64,000 nucleotides of DNA from Bdellovibrionales bacterium (GTDB lineage Bacteria > Bdellovibrionota > Bdellovibrionia > Bdellovibrionales > UBA1609): the NCBI GenBank assembly GCA_965261545.1, contig CBDHDF010000010.1:224001-288000 (forward strand), given 5' to 3'. Made by a program: the position numbers and the translations under genes. Under the pieces are notes generated by a model, which was not told where the DNA came from, searched no databases, and worked only from the letters and a program-made list of their open reading frames with translations. Each line of letters starts with the position of its first letter. Within the stretch, counting starts at the first letter, position 1. Shown one piece after another: positions 21,171-30,474 of this stretch.

Positions 21171-23621
21171 ATGATAAAGAAGGGAATTTTCATTTTAGTA
21201 TCCATTTTCATTGTTCACAAGATTGTTTTATGGATCCAACCTTTTGGCTCCCTTTTATCAAAAATCCCATTCTCACAGGAAGTGGTGGACAGAAACGGGA
21301 ACCTTTTGCGCCTTTCTTTGTCTGAAGACCAAATCTATCGTTTGAAAACAGATCTGACAGAGATATCCCCTCTGCTTCGTGAAACAACACTTCTTTATGA
21401 AGATCGCTATTTTTATTGGCATATGGGAGTCAATCCATTTTCTATGGTGAGGGCTGCATGGAGCACATTCGTATCAAAGAATAGGATGATGGGAGCCTCA
21501 ACGATTACAATGCAATTAAGTCGTTTGCTTTTTAAGATGGATTCTCGAGGACTTATTGGTAAAGTCCATCAGATGATGAGGGCTTTACAGATTGAGTTCT
21601 TGTATAGTAAGGATGATATTCTAGAGGCTTATTTGAATATAGCACCCTATGGGTTCAATATTGAAGGTGTCGGGGCTGCAAGCAGAATATATTTTGATAA
21701 ACACCCCCGACGACTTTCTCTCTTAGAGTCTCTTACCTTGTCTGTGATTCCTCAAAATCCCACGAAGAGAACCCGACATATTCAGATGCCTCCACTCAGT
21801 GTATCTAAGGAGGCTTATAACAAGCCACTGAAAAAAGCTCTCCATAGATTATTCAGTCAATGGGTGCTAAGGCATCCCAATCACTTTATAAAGAAAATAG
21901 ATTCCAACTTGAACCTGGATATGAGACACCCAAGAAGGCTTCCATTCTACGCTCCTCATCTGGTCACAGAAGTGATGGGAAAAAGGGCAGAAGATTTAAT
22001 CACAGAGAAGCGGTCCATAGTTCTGAGTTTGGATTTGCCCTTGCAATTGATGTTTGAAAAGGTTGCCAAGTCTTATATCCATGAAAGAAAAAGGCATGGA
22101 GTGAAGAATATGTCGGCTCTCCTGGTGGACACGCAGTCCATGGAAGTTCTCTCTTACATTGGCTCTGTGGATTTTTTTAATGAGGGTATCCATGGGCAGG
22201 TCAATGGAGTGCGAGCCAGAAGATCACCTGGCTCTGCTCTCAAGCCCTTTGTGTACGGGTTGGCTATGGAGCAGGGTATTATTCACCCTCTCAGCACTTT
22301 GAAGGATGCACGAACGTCGTTTGGTCTCTATACTCCCGACAATTTTGACAGCCGATTTTCTGGTCCACTTTCAGCAACACAAGCTCTTGTGCTTTCAAGA
22401 AATATTCCAGCCATCCGCTTAACTCGGCAATTATCTGTGCCGAAAGTGCATAAGCTTTTTCACTCATTAAATATACCGCTCCATCCAAACCCACAGCACT
22501 ACGGACTCTCCATTATTTTGGGCACCACGGGTGTGACGATGGAAGAGCTTGTGAAAAGCTATGCCCTATTGAATAACAAGGGGAGGTATCGGCCCATAAA
22601 GAAGCAAATGGACCCAGTGCCCATGCCCATCGGGGTCGGGGTGCCCATAGGTGACCATCTTTTTCGATTTACCGGGGAAATGAAACAAATGAAACGAAGA
22701 AAATCAAAAGAGCAAGAAAAACAGATTTTTTCCAAAGAGGTGGCTTTTTTAGTTTTAGATATGTTGACACAAAACCCTCACCCTCAAGGTAAACCAGGAG
22801 GAAGTACCTGGAAATTACATCCTCAAAGTGTGGCTTGGAAAACAGGCACATCCATGGGTTTTCGTGATGCTTGGGCTGTTGGTGTCTTTGATCATTATGT
22901 TCTTGCAACATGGGTGGGTCATTTTTCAGGTCATGGAAACCAAGCATTTGTTGGGAGAAAGGTGGCTGGCCCCTTGCTGTTTTCATTGATTGAGGCTCTG
23001 GCAAAGGTGAGGGAGGTGAACTTTTCTAAGCCCTCCCCCACTTCAGATTTAAATCTCACAAGTGTTGATTTTTGCCCCCTATCTGGCCGCCTTCCCCACA
23101 AAGATTGCCCACATAGGAAGAAGGGATGGTTCATACCAGGAGTAAGCCCCATACATCGCTGCAAGGTGCATAGAAGAATCGAAATAGACTTGGTTTCTGG
23201 GTACCAGGTTTGCTCAGGATTCAAAGGTCCCACTCAAACCAAAGTTTTTGAAAACTGGCCCACTGATATTCTCAAACTATTTCAACAAGCTGGATTGGGC
23301 AGAAAAACCCCACCCCCACGGCATCCGAAATGTCGTCAAGATATCTTTGGAGACATGGACCCAAAGATTCTTTCTCCAAAAGAAAGAATTGTCTATAATT
23401 TGAGAACATCTGGGTCTGATTCTAAGAAGATTCCCTTTCTGGCTATTGGCGATGGAAGTGTCAAAAATTTTTCTTGGTACGTCAACAATCAGTTTGTAGG
23501 ACAATCTCAAATGAATCATCCCCTCTTATGGATGGCAGCTTCTGGGCAACACACTGTGCGAGTTATAGATGACCATGGTCGATCCACAGAAGTTGCTCTC
23601 AATGTTCAATGGGTGGATTAA
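21171..23621 (+). CDS. pbpC: Penicillin-binding protein 1C
   Basis: EDRYF..H.G and GASTITMQL transglycosylase motifs; SALK, SRN, KTGT transpeptidase motifs; canonical pairing with alpha-2-macroglobulin. Confidence 0.93.
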   Translation: MIKKGIFILVSIFIVHKIVLWIQPFGSLLSKIPFSQEVVDRNGNLLRLSLSEDQIYRLKTDLTEISPLLRETTLLYEDRYFYWHMGVNPFSMVRAAWSTFVSKNRMMGASTITMQLSRLLFKMDSRGLIGKVHQMMRALQIEFLYSKDDILEAYLNIAPYGFNIEGVGAASRIYFDKHPRRLSLLESLTLSVIPQNPTKRTRHIQMPPLSVSKEAYNKPLKKALHRLFSQWVLRHPNHFIKKIDSNLNLDMRHPRRLPFYAPHLVTEVMGKRAEDLITEKRSIVLSLDLPLQLMFEKVAKSYIHERKRHGVKNMSALLVDTQSMEVLSYIGSVDFFNEGIHGQVNGVRARRSPGSALKPFVYGLAMEQGIIHPLSTLKDARTSFGLYTPDNFDSRFSGPLSATQALVLSRNIPAIRLTRQLSVPKVHKLFHSLNIPLHPNPQHYGLSIILGTTGVTMEELVKSYALLNNKGRYRPIKKQMDPVPMPIGVGVPIGDHLFRFTGEMKQMKRRKSKEQEKQIFSKEVAFLVLDMLTQNPHPQGKPGGSTWKLHPQSVAWKTGTSMGFRDAWAVGVFDHYVLATWVGHFSGHGNQAFVGRKVAGPLLFSLIEALAKVREVNFSKPSPTSDLNLTSVDFCPLSGRLPHKDCPHRKKGWFIPGVSPIHRCKVHRRIEIDLVSGYQVCSGFKGPTQTKVFENWPTDILKLFQQAGLGRKTPPPRHPKCRQDIFGDMDPKILSPKERIVYNLRTSGSDSKKIPFLAIGDGSVKNFSWYVNNQFVGQSQMNHPLLWMAASGQHTVRVIDDHGRSTEVALNVQWVD

Positions 23622-23664
23622 GGAAGGGGTTATGGAGGGCACAATAAATGGCTCCCTCGTGATG

Positions 23665-23787
23665 CTGAATTTCACGAGTTTGACCCACTGAATTTCACGA
23701 AGTTTGACCCATCGTCGCCAATGAAAAGTGGCCGTTTTTCATTGGCGACGGCTTCTAAAAATGGCCAAATTTGATTGTCATCTAACA
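23665..23787. mobile_element. IS21-like terminal remnant with hairpin
   Basis: Tandem CTGAATTTCACGA(A)GTTTGACCCA x2, perfect 15-bp inverted repeat 23713-23727/23736-23750, end ...ATTGTCATCTAACA. Confidence 0.6.
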
Positions 23788-23883
23788 TATGTTGCCGAGA
23801 GGATACACCTTTGTGGCTCAAGTTCCACCCTTTCCCAAAGAGCTAAAGATTATGACAGAGGGATCATTGTTGAGTCTGAATGG
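23788..23883 (+). repeat. 96-bp copy of an internal alpha-2-macroglobulin gene segment (16596-16691)
   Basis: 93/96 identical by eye, same orientation, starts exactly at the IS-like ...TAACA end. Confidence 0.92.
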
Positions 23884-23907
23884 CTGGGGAAAGAGATTTT
23901 TAACCCA

Positions 23908-24171
23908 TTATTGCATTTTATCTAATAACTGAATTGGCTTTACTTTAAGTCCCTTAGCGATGGCAGCAACTGTGCTGAGCCTTACATTTTCAATACGGCA
24001 TTGCTCAATTTCTGCTATTGTGTTTTGAGCTAGTTTTGAACGGATAGATAACTCAGCTTGAGTTATACCTAAATAGTTCCTCTTTTTTCTCACATTCTCA
24101 CAGAAATGTTTAATCATTTCTCGAAGTAACGGATCATTAATATGTAACTCGTCGCGTCTAGTTCTTCCCAC
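23908..24171 (-). CDS. XRE-family HTH regulator, copy 1
   Basis: RKKRNYLGITQAELS...QNTIAEIEQ...NVRLSTVAAIAKGL. Confidence 0.88.
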   Translation of the reverse strand: MGRTRRDELHINDPLLREMIKHFCENVRKKRNYLGITQAELSIRSKLAQNTIAEIEQCRIENVRLSTVAAIAKGLKVKPIQLLDKMQ

Positions 24172-24604
24172 CTTATTAAAGTATCTAGTTTGACAGGATC
24201 AGTAATTAGTTATATTTCTGTAGTTATATAGAACTGTTTTCTCAACAAGTGACAATAGAATCAGGTATTTGCGATGAAAATTGAATTTAGCAAGCTCTAT
24301 GAGGTATAAGGTTTGAGGAAGAACCCCGATGGGAGGATAAAAGCCGCCTTAAGCGATGGAAAAGCTCCGAAAGTTGAGGAGGGGGATAAAGTCGGCACCA
24401 AAAGGTCATTCTCGGATAGGAACTTTCTAACCTGGCGCAGCTAGAATCAAGGGGACAATCGTTTTAAGCAGTAAGTTTGTACTTACTAGCGGCTCTAGCG
24501 TTTAAGCCCGGATGACTGAAAAAAGATTACGGTTGCATTTTGCAAAGATAATAACAGGTAAGGGACTAAAAACTGCCAATTTCACGGAGAGTACTATAGT
24601 CCAT

Positions 24605-24868
24605 TTACATTATTTTATCTAATAGCTGAATTGGCTTTATTTTAAGTCCCCTAGCAATGGCAGCAACTGTGCTGAGCCTTACATTTTCAATACGGCGTTG
24701 CTCAATTTCTGCTATTGTGTTTTGAGCCAGTTTTGAGCGGATAGATAACTCTGCTTGGGTGATACCTAGATGATTTCGTTTTCTTCTCACATTCTTGCAA
24801 AAATGTTCAATCATTTCTCGAAGTAATGGATCACTGATTTGCAACTCGCCGCATCTACTTCTTCCCAT
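24605..24868 (-). CDS. XRE-family HTH regulator, copy 2
   Basis: 73/87 aa identical to copy 1. Confidence 0.88.
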   Translation of the reverse strand: MGRSRCGELQISDPLLREMIEHFCKNVRRKRNHLGITQAELSIRSKLAQNTIAEIEQRRIENVRLSTVAAIARGLKIKPIQLLDKIM

Positions 24869-25175
24869 CTTATTAAAATATCTGATTTGACAAGACTAGT
24901 AACTAGTTATATTTCTGTAGTTATGTAGAACTATCTTTTAACAAATGATAATGAGATAGGTATTCGCAATGAAAATCAAACTAAACATGAATGCAGAAGA
25001 AAGATGAAAATAAAGAAGCAGAGTAGCTGATTACATCTTGGGGGCAAATTTTCTTTCTAGCTCAAAGGTGGGAGAGAAGTTAGGTAGAGCTTACATTTGC
25101 AAAGCAGGTGGGAATAGCTAATGGATGAATTCATAAAAATTTATAAGATAAGGAAAATCAAATAAGAGATAGAAG

Positions 25176-25643
25176 ATGAAGATACTTATTAAAATCAAGA
25201 ATGTAGAAATCTTACTTATTGATAATGATATGCAATCAATAAATACTATGAAATTAATGTGGAAAAACCATGAAAATATCGTAAATGTTCATCAGATCAC
25301 AGATGCCATCAAGCTTTTCATGGATAAAAATTTTAATATTGTTATCTCAGATAGTAGTCTATTTACAAACAATTTGAGTGCTATTGATTGTTATAAAATT
25401 TATAGAAAACTGTATAGGCGATCCCCATACATACTACTGTTCTCGAAAGATCATGAAGTGAAATCGCTGTTTTCAAAATATACTTGGCTATCACAAGATC
25501 CCTATCTAGAATATATGATCAAACCATTTAATCTCAGAGATTTGAATACAAGAGCAGAGTGGATCATGTCAGAAACTTTCATTTTTAGAGAGAAACAAGA
25601 TGTAACTTTGAATTCGTCAACCTCTGATTTTCTTCCAATCTAG
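25176..25643 (+). CDS. Divergent stand-alone receiver-domain protein
   Basis: LLIDND, IVISD, YMIKPF..DL motifs; very AT-rich. Confidence 0.65.
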   Translation: MKILIKIKNVEILLIDNDMQSINTMKLMWKNHENIVNVHQITDAIKLFMDKNFNIVISDSSLFTNNLSAIDCYKIYRKLYRRSPYILLFSKDHEVKSLFSKYTWLSQDPYLEYMIKPFNLRDLNTRAEWIMSETFIFREKQDVTLNSSTSDFLPI

Positions 25644-25728
25644 TTATTTTTTTGGATTTAAACTTATTAAATACTGTTAGAGGAGAGATTATTCAACAAT
25701 TATTTTTAATGATTATTAAGGAGAATGT

Positions 25729-26004
25729 ATGAATACAAAAAAGATTAAAATGTTGATCTTATATTCAGACCCAATTCTCAAAGAACGAGTTTATGCATTA
25801 TTCAAGAAAAATAAAATTAAATTTATTTTCTCAGAAGCAAAAAAAATATCAGAAACAAGAAAAAATATAGTAGAAGAATGTGATATTTATTGCATTGCTA
25901 GAAAATTTATTGATGGAGACCAGAGCATATCTTACTGTACAATCATACTTGAGAATAAAGATATACTGAAAGATAAATTATGTACCTCAAGGTTCTCCGA
26001 ATAA
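25729..26004 (+). CDS. Hypothetical protein, possibly a truncated receiver-like fragment
   Basis: AAGGAG RBS; AT-rich; no decisive motif. Confidence 0.4.
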   Translation: MNTKKIKMLILYSDPILKERVYALFKKNKIKFIFSEAKKISETRKNIVEECDIYCIARKFIDGDQSISYCTIILENKDILKDKLCTSRFSE

Positions 26005-26148
26005 GAGGCTATATCCTACTTTCTCGGAGCCTAGGTCCAAATTTCCTAGGGAAGTAACGAAAAACTGGATGTACAGGTTATTTCTAAGATTTGTACATAA
26101 AAATACGGAGGACAGGGCTACCAAACCACTTGTGTGGAGAGCCCGCCG

Positions 26149-26257
26149 TTATCCACAAGACTCACCCACAGCAGCGCTGCTTTATTGTGGCTCCCGAGGG
26201 CCATAGCCGCAGCGTCGCCATGGATGAGTCTGTGGATAACTGACTCATCCATGGCGA
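26149..26257. other. Two consensus DnaA boxes, one in the loop of a 16-bp hairpin
   Basis: TTATCCACA 26149-26157; TGTGGATAA 26231-26239 between arms 26215-26230 and 26242-26257. Confidence 0.7.
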
Positions 26258-26362
26258 TGTTAGTATGGGAGGTGAATTGGAAAAAGGAATGTTGATCGAC
26301 AATAAAAATTATAGTGTATAAAAACGCTTGGGGAAACTTCCAACAATATCCAAATCCCCAGC

Positions 26363-26424
26363 TGTTAGCTGAAATTTTGCACAATTAAAATGCTCCACCG
26401 TCGCCAATGAAAAGTGGGCATTTC
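26363..26424. mobile_element. Third IS21-like end remnant
   Basis: TGTTAGCTGA...ACAATTAAAATGCTCCACCGTCGCCAATGAAAAGTGG matches 10425-10469. Confidence 0.55.
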
Positions 26425-26452
26425 TCTCTGAGAAATAGATTCATCCTTAAAA

Positions 26453-27067
26453 TTACGATTTAAAGTTGAGCAATAGGGGATGAACAGCTCTGAGCTTCTT
26501 CTCGTTTAATTTTTTTATAATGGATATGCATTCGTCTTGAATATCTGTGACCAAAACGTCGGATTTCATGTGGTATTCAAAGTCCTCTGTTGTGAACCCA
26601 TAGGATTTTACAATATGTATTATTTTGGCTCTATAAAGCTCAATTCGGCCATTCTCAATCTGGCCAATGGTGTTCTTATGGTAGTTACAAATAAGACTGG
26701 CTTTGTATTGAGTCAGATTTTTGAGTCTTCGCAAAACCTGCAAGACCTGGACCTCTTTTGTAATAATCTTTTTGTCAAACCGGCGGTTCTTTTTGCTGTA
26801 ACTCACCTTTTCTTTTTTGTGACCAAACCTCTTTTTAATTTGTTCACTTTTGCCTTCACGACATAGCAAAAAGTCCTCATAGGTGAGCCCATAGGCTCTG
26901 GCTGTTTGTTTAATCCGGGGGTTGGTTATGACTGTCCTCCCATTTTCAAATTTCTCCACACTCTTGTGACTAACGCATAGCAATACACCTGCTTCTTTGC
27001 GACTTAGCCCTCGAATTTCACGCAATTTCCTTAAAGTGATCGCATCAACTTTTCCTTCGTTTCCCAT
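26453..27067 (-). CDS. Tandem double XRE-HTH regulator
   Basis: Two HTH modules: LRKLREIRGLSRKEAG...EKFENGR and LRRLKNLTQYKAS...GQIENGR; GGAGG RBS. Confidence 0.85.
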   Translation of the reverse strand: MGNEGKVDAITLRKLREIRGLSRKEAGVLLCVSHKSVEKFENGRTVITNPRIKQTARAYGLTYEDFLLCREGKSEQIKKRFGHKKEKVSYSKKNRRFDKKIITKEVQVLQVLRRLKNLTQYKASLICNYHKNTIGQIENGRIELYRAKIIHIVKSYGFTTEDFEYHMKSDVLVTDIQDECISIIKKLNEKKLRAVHPLLLNFKS

Positions 27068-27395
27068 CTTTCCTCCTTGAGGCTATTATTTCTAGCCTCG
27101 GCTGTGCTAACACTTCACTAGCTCCGAAGTAGCAATTTCTGCTAGCGAAGTGCTGCGAATTTTTGTTAGAAAATTCAGTTGGTTAGAAAGAAAATGCTGC
27201 TACGATACCTTGAAAAAATGACTCTGCTACTCGGACAGGAAAAGAAACAGGGAAAAAAAGGAAACCTGGGAAATTTCGGGAAATTTAAAACAGAAAAGAT
27301 ATTAAACTTTGTGTTAACCTATTGAAACCATTCGTTTTTAATTTCAATAACTTACCTGGACTCGGTATGAGCGCTCTTCTAGCGTTAGAGTAAAC

Positions 27396-27472
<77 letters not shown>

Positions 27473-27888
27473 CATGGCGTTACTAAAGGCTACTTATATG
27501 ACTTTCTATTTTATCAAGCAAGTGCTATTTTTCATCATTAACTTAAGGTATGAGTCCCCGCAAAAGAAAGATTGCTTTCACTAACCTTAAATCGTGACTT
27601 CCCTTTCTCCAATTTCAATGCCCATCGGGGCAATGCGATGAATCAGCCTTCTAATGATCTTTAACTTAACTTCTGAGTAACCTCTCATGGGGGGGCCACC
27701 TCATGTTGGCAATCTTTTGAGATGTTGATTTGTCGCATCAGTTTAGTAAGGAAAGACCACATACATCTCTTTAGTGTCGTACACCCCATCTGGTGCTTCG
27801 CGTCAATCCCTGATTGCTTTGGTCAATCTCCTATTATATTGGTAGAATTTCCTTAAATTAATGTAAAATCTAACAAGGTCTTGCAATC

Positions 27889-28962
27889 ATGATGATTGAG
27901 TGCCCAAAATGTGGATTTACCCAACCTAAAGACAAATTTTGTGCCAAATGTGGAATTGACATCGATGTCTTTGAACCACAAAAATCTCAATTGTACAAAA
28001 AGCTGCTTAAAAGCAGCGTTGCTCAACTCCTTGTTCTTCTTGGCATTGTTATTGTCATGGCAACAACATACTTCCCTCAAAATAGAGACAATGTGCCTCT
28101 CCCTCAAGATGCATTTGTAAATATATCTCAAAAATCTCAATCCTCTCTCAAAGTCCAAGAAAATTTAAAGTCAGAGTCAAGAGCCACTACAAACTCCCCC
28201 TATCCCCCTTCCCCTCAGACGGCAACGGCAACGGCAACGAATGTAGAATCACTCACGGATAAAGAAACAAATCCTGCCTCAAAAACAGAGACTCTCCCTG
28301 TTACAAGAAGCGTAGAAACATCATCTTCTTCCAAAACTCTAAGTAAAAACTCGAAAGATGGAGGAGCAAAAACCTTCTCAAACTTTAACAAGTCTTCATC
28401 CAAAAAAACTATAAATGCTCTTCATGTCAGTTTTGTGGAAGTTCCCCAAATGGTTCTCAATGATGTTGTCTTTAGTCAGAAAGATGGTCTCCTTACCGAA
28501 GAATCCTATTTAAGAGTTGGGAAATACAAATTTAAATCACAATTAAGTAAAATCGTTCAGAAAATACCAGGACTCTCCTTTCTGCCAGGCACACGCTCCA
28601 AGAAACTTCCTATGTCTAGTGAAAAGCCTCTAACCTTTCAATTTGTCCATATGGTGGATGGAGAACCCCATGGACTTCAACTTGTTGTGTTTGCTCAAGT
28701 GAATCCAAATCAAGTGGTGCTTGGTCTTGAAGGCGAATTCAATATGAAAGCAATCTCTGACAGTAATATGATGAGTTACTCCTTTCAAGGTTCTTATAAT
28801 ATTCAGTATAACGAGATTCTTGTAATTGAACTTTCTATGCCTATACAACCCATGAGCGAGACCTACAGAAGTACTTTTGCCGAAACTCCTTTGTCCATTA
28901 TGAATCGTACGGATTTTCTGGAGGGAGTCACAAGCCTTGCTATTCTTGTTCAAGCACGCTAG
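27889..28962 (+). CDS. Zinc-ribbon membrane protein, unknown function
   Basis: CPKCG...CAKCG, one TM, Ser/Thr-rich linker, C-terminal beta domain. Confidence 0.7.
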   Translation: MMIECPKCGFTQPKDKFCAKCGIDIDVFEPQKSQLYKKLLKSSVAQLLVLLGIVIVMATTYFPQNRDNVPLPQDAFVNISQKSQSSLKVQENLKSESRATTNSPYPPSPQTATATATNVESLTDKETNPASKTETLPVTRSVETSSSSKTLSKNSKDGGAKTFSNFNKSSSKKTINALHVSFVEVPQMVLNDVVFSQKDGLLTEESYLRVGKYKFKSQLSKIVQKIPGLSFLPGTRSKKLPMSSEKPLTFQFVHMVDGEPHGLQLVVFAQVNPNQVVLGLEGEFNMKAISDSNMMSYSFQGSYNIQYNEILVIELSMPIQPMSETYRSTFAETPLSIMNRTDFLEGVTSLAILVQAR

Positions 28963-29149
28963 AATTACCCCTGACTTACTTGCATCCTTTTGATTTCATA
29001 GAAAAATCTATGGCCCGCTGCCAACTCTATTCCCTCTCACCACAGAAAAAGAGAGAGAAGGGGAGGCAAGTAGCAGAGGGGTGTGGTGAGTATCACCCTT
29101 GGACCAAAGAAGCAAGGCCATAAGATGTAAACGGAAAGGAGTATGTATT

Positions 29150-29677
29150 ATGGAGCCTCTCAACATTAAAGAATTTATTTCTGAGCAAAAGATTCAAGAG
29201 CGAATCCGAGAAATGGGGAATCAACTCACCGATAAATTTCATGGTGAACATGTGGTATTCATCTGTGTTCTTAAAGGATCCTTAATTTTCTTTGCGGACC
29301 TTATTCGCGAAATTCGACTGGATATGACCTGTGAGTTCTTAGGGGTTTCCAGCTACCAATCTTTTAAGTCCTCAGGCGAAGTCAAGCTTACTCTTGACTT
29401 AGCCACTCCCATTGAGAACAAGCATGTTTGCTTGGTGGAGGACCTTGCCGATACAGGACTATCTCTTAACTACCTCCAAAGGGCTTTAAAAAACCGTAAC
29501 CCTAAAAGCCTTACCACTGTGGTTTTTTTACGAAAACCCAATGCCATGAAGGTGGATTACTCATTGGATTACACGGGTTTTGATATTTCCAACAATTTTG
29601 TAGTTGGTTATGGTTTAGATTACAATGAATACTACCGAAATCTTCCCTATATTGCCAAAGTGGAAAATATTAATTAA
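29150..29677 (+). CDS. hpt: Hypoxanthine phosphoribosyltransferase
   Basis: VLKGS, LVEDLADTGLSL, FVVGYGLDYNEYYRNLP; AGGAG RBS before ATG 29150. Confidence 0.95.
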   Translation: MEPLNIKEFISEQKIQERIREMGNQLTDKFHGEHVVFICVLKGSLIFFADLIREIRLDMTCEFLGVSSYQSFKSSGEVKLTLDLATPIENKHVCLVEDLADTGLSLNYLQRALKNRNPKSLTTVVFLRKPNAMKVDYSLDYTGFDISNNFVVGYGLDYNEYYRNLPYIAKVENIN

Positions 29678-29722
29678 GCGAAGGTCATTATGTCAGTTCA
29701 GTCATTTACGAAAGTTGATCCT

Positions 29723-30283
29723 TTAATTCAAGCTGGTCCATTTAATAGAACAACCCATGGAAGGGATGGGTTCAAAACCCAAGGTTGTTGAGTGCAAACA
29801 AGACTGAATAGCGAGGTCAAGCTCCTGCCTTTCCACTTGATTCGGGTCTTTCCAAGAATCGTCAAAGCGTCCACGATAGGCGAGCTTCCCATGGTGGTAT
29901 AAAAAAATATCAGGGGTACAAACCGCTCCAAAGGCCCGGGCGGTCACCTGAGTTGGGTCGTGGAGGTAGGGAAATGCGTAGTTTTTTTCTAACCACCTTT
30001 TTTTCAACTCTTCAAAGGAATCCTCAGGAGCATGAAGTGAATCATTGGAACAAATTCCAATGAACTCAACACGATCATCTCCCTGGTATTTCTTAGCTAA
30101 GGCAATGATACGGTCCTCAATGGCCTGCACATAGGGGCAGTGGTTGCATATAAACAAAAAGACAAGAACACTTTGATGGGAAAAATCCTCTTGTTGGTAA
30201 GTTTTTTTGTCCATACCCATGAGTTTAAAATCAGGGCAAGGTTGATCTATTTCAGTTTCAGGTGTGTATGTCAGCGCCATCAT
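29723..30283 (-). CDS. Thioredoxin-family (AhpC/TSA-like) protein
   Basis: FICNHCPYV, CTPD, YRGRFDD, SMGCSIKW. Confidence 0.9.
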   Translation of the reverse strand: MMALTYTPETEIDQPCPDFKLMGMDKKTYQQEDFSHQSVLVFLFICNHCPYVQAIEDRIIALAKKYQGDDRVEFIGICSNDSLHAPEDSFEELKKRWLEKNYAFPYLHDPTQVTARAFGAVCTPDIFLYHHGKLAYRGRFDDSWKDPNQVERQELDLAIQSCLHSTTLGFEPIPSMGCSIKWTSLN

Positions 30284-30474
30284 TTCTCCTAGGACTGAGC
30301 CTTTGTTTAGGTGAGGGTTTCATCCTTTACTTGTTATTATCCCCGATGAGCGGGTCATTATATCTTCAACATGCAAATATAATTTTAGTTTATTCTGAAC
30401 TTTTGGTTCTGGCTCCGTCAGGTTAGGTTTAAGAACCTCCACATTTTGCAAACCACCAATGAGCAAATGAAGAG

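Larger units (their letters stand above)
1..27395. mobile_element. Putative genomic island / ICE remnant at the 3' end of tRNA-Asp; left boundary outside the window
   Basis: Abuts the tRNA-Asp 3' end. Contains a coupling protein, IS-like ends, XRE regulators and patchy AT-rich segments; core genes resume after the tRNA. No integrase or second att copy seen in the window. Confidence 0.6.

Noticed and set aside
23788..23883. Diversity-generating retroelement template/variable repeat pair with 16596-16691
   Set aside because: Only three mismatches, one not at a template adenine; the target is mid-gene; no reverse transcriptase in the window.
26149..26257. Chromosomal oriC
   Set aside because: Only two clear boxes, GC-rich context, no dnaA/dnaN/gidA nearby, and it lies inside an island.
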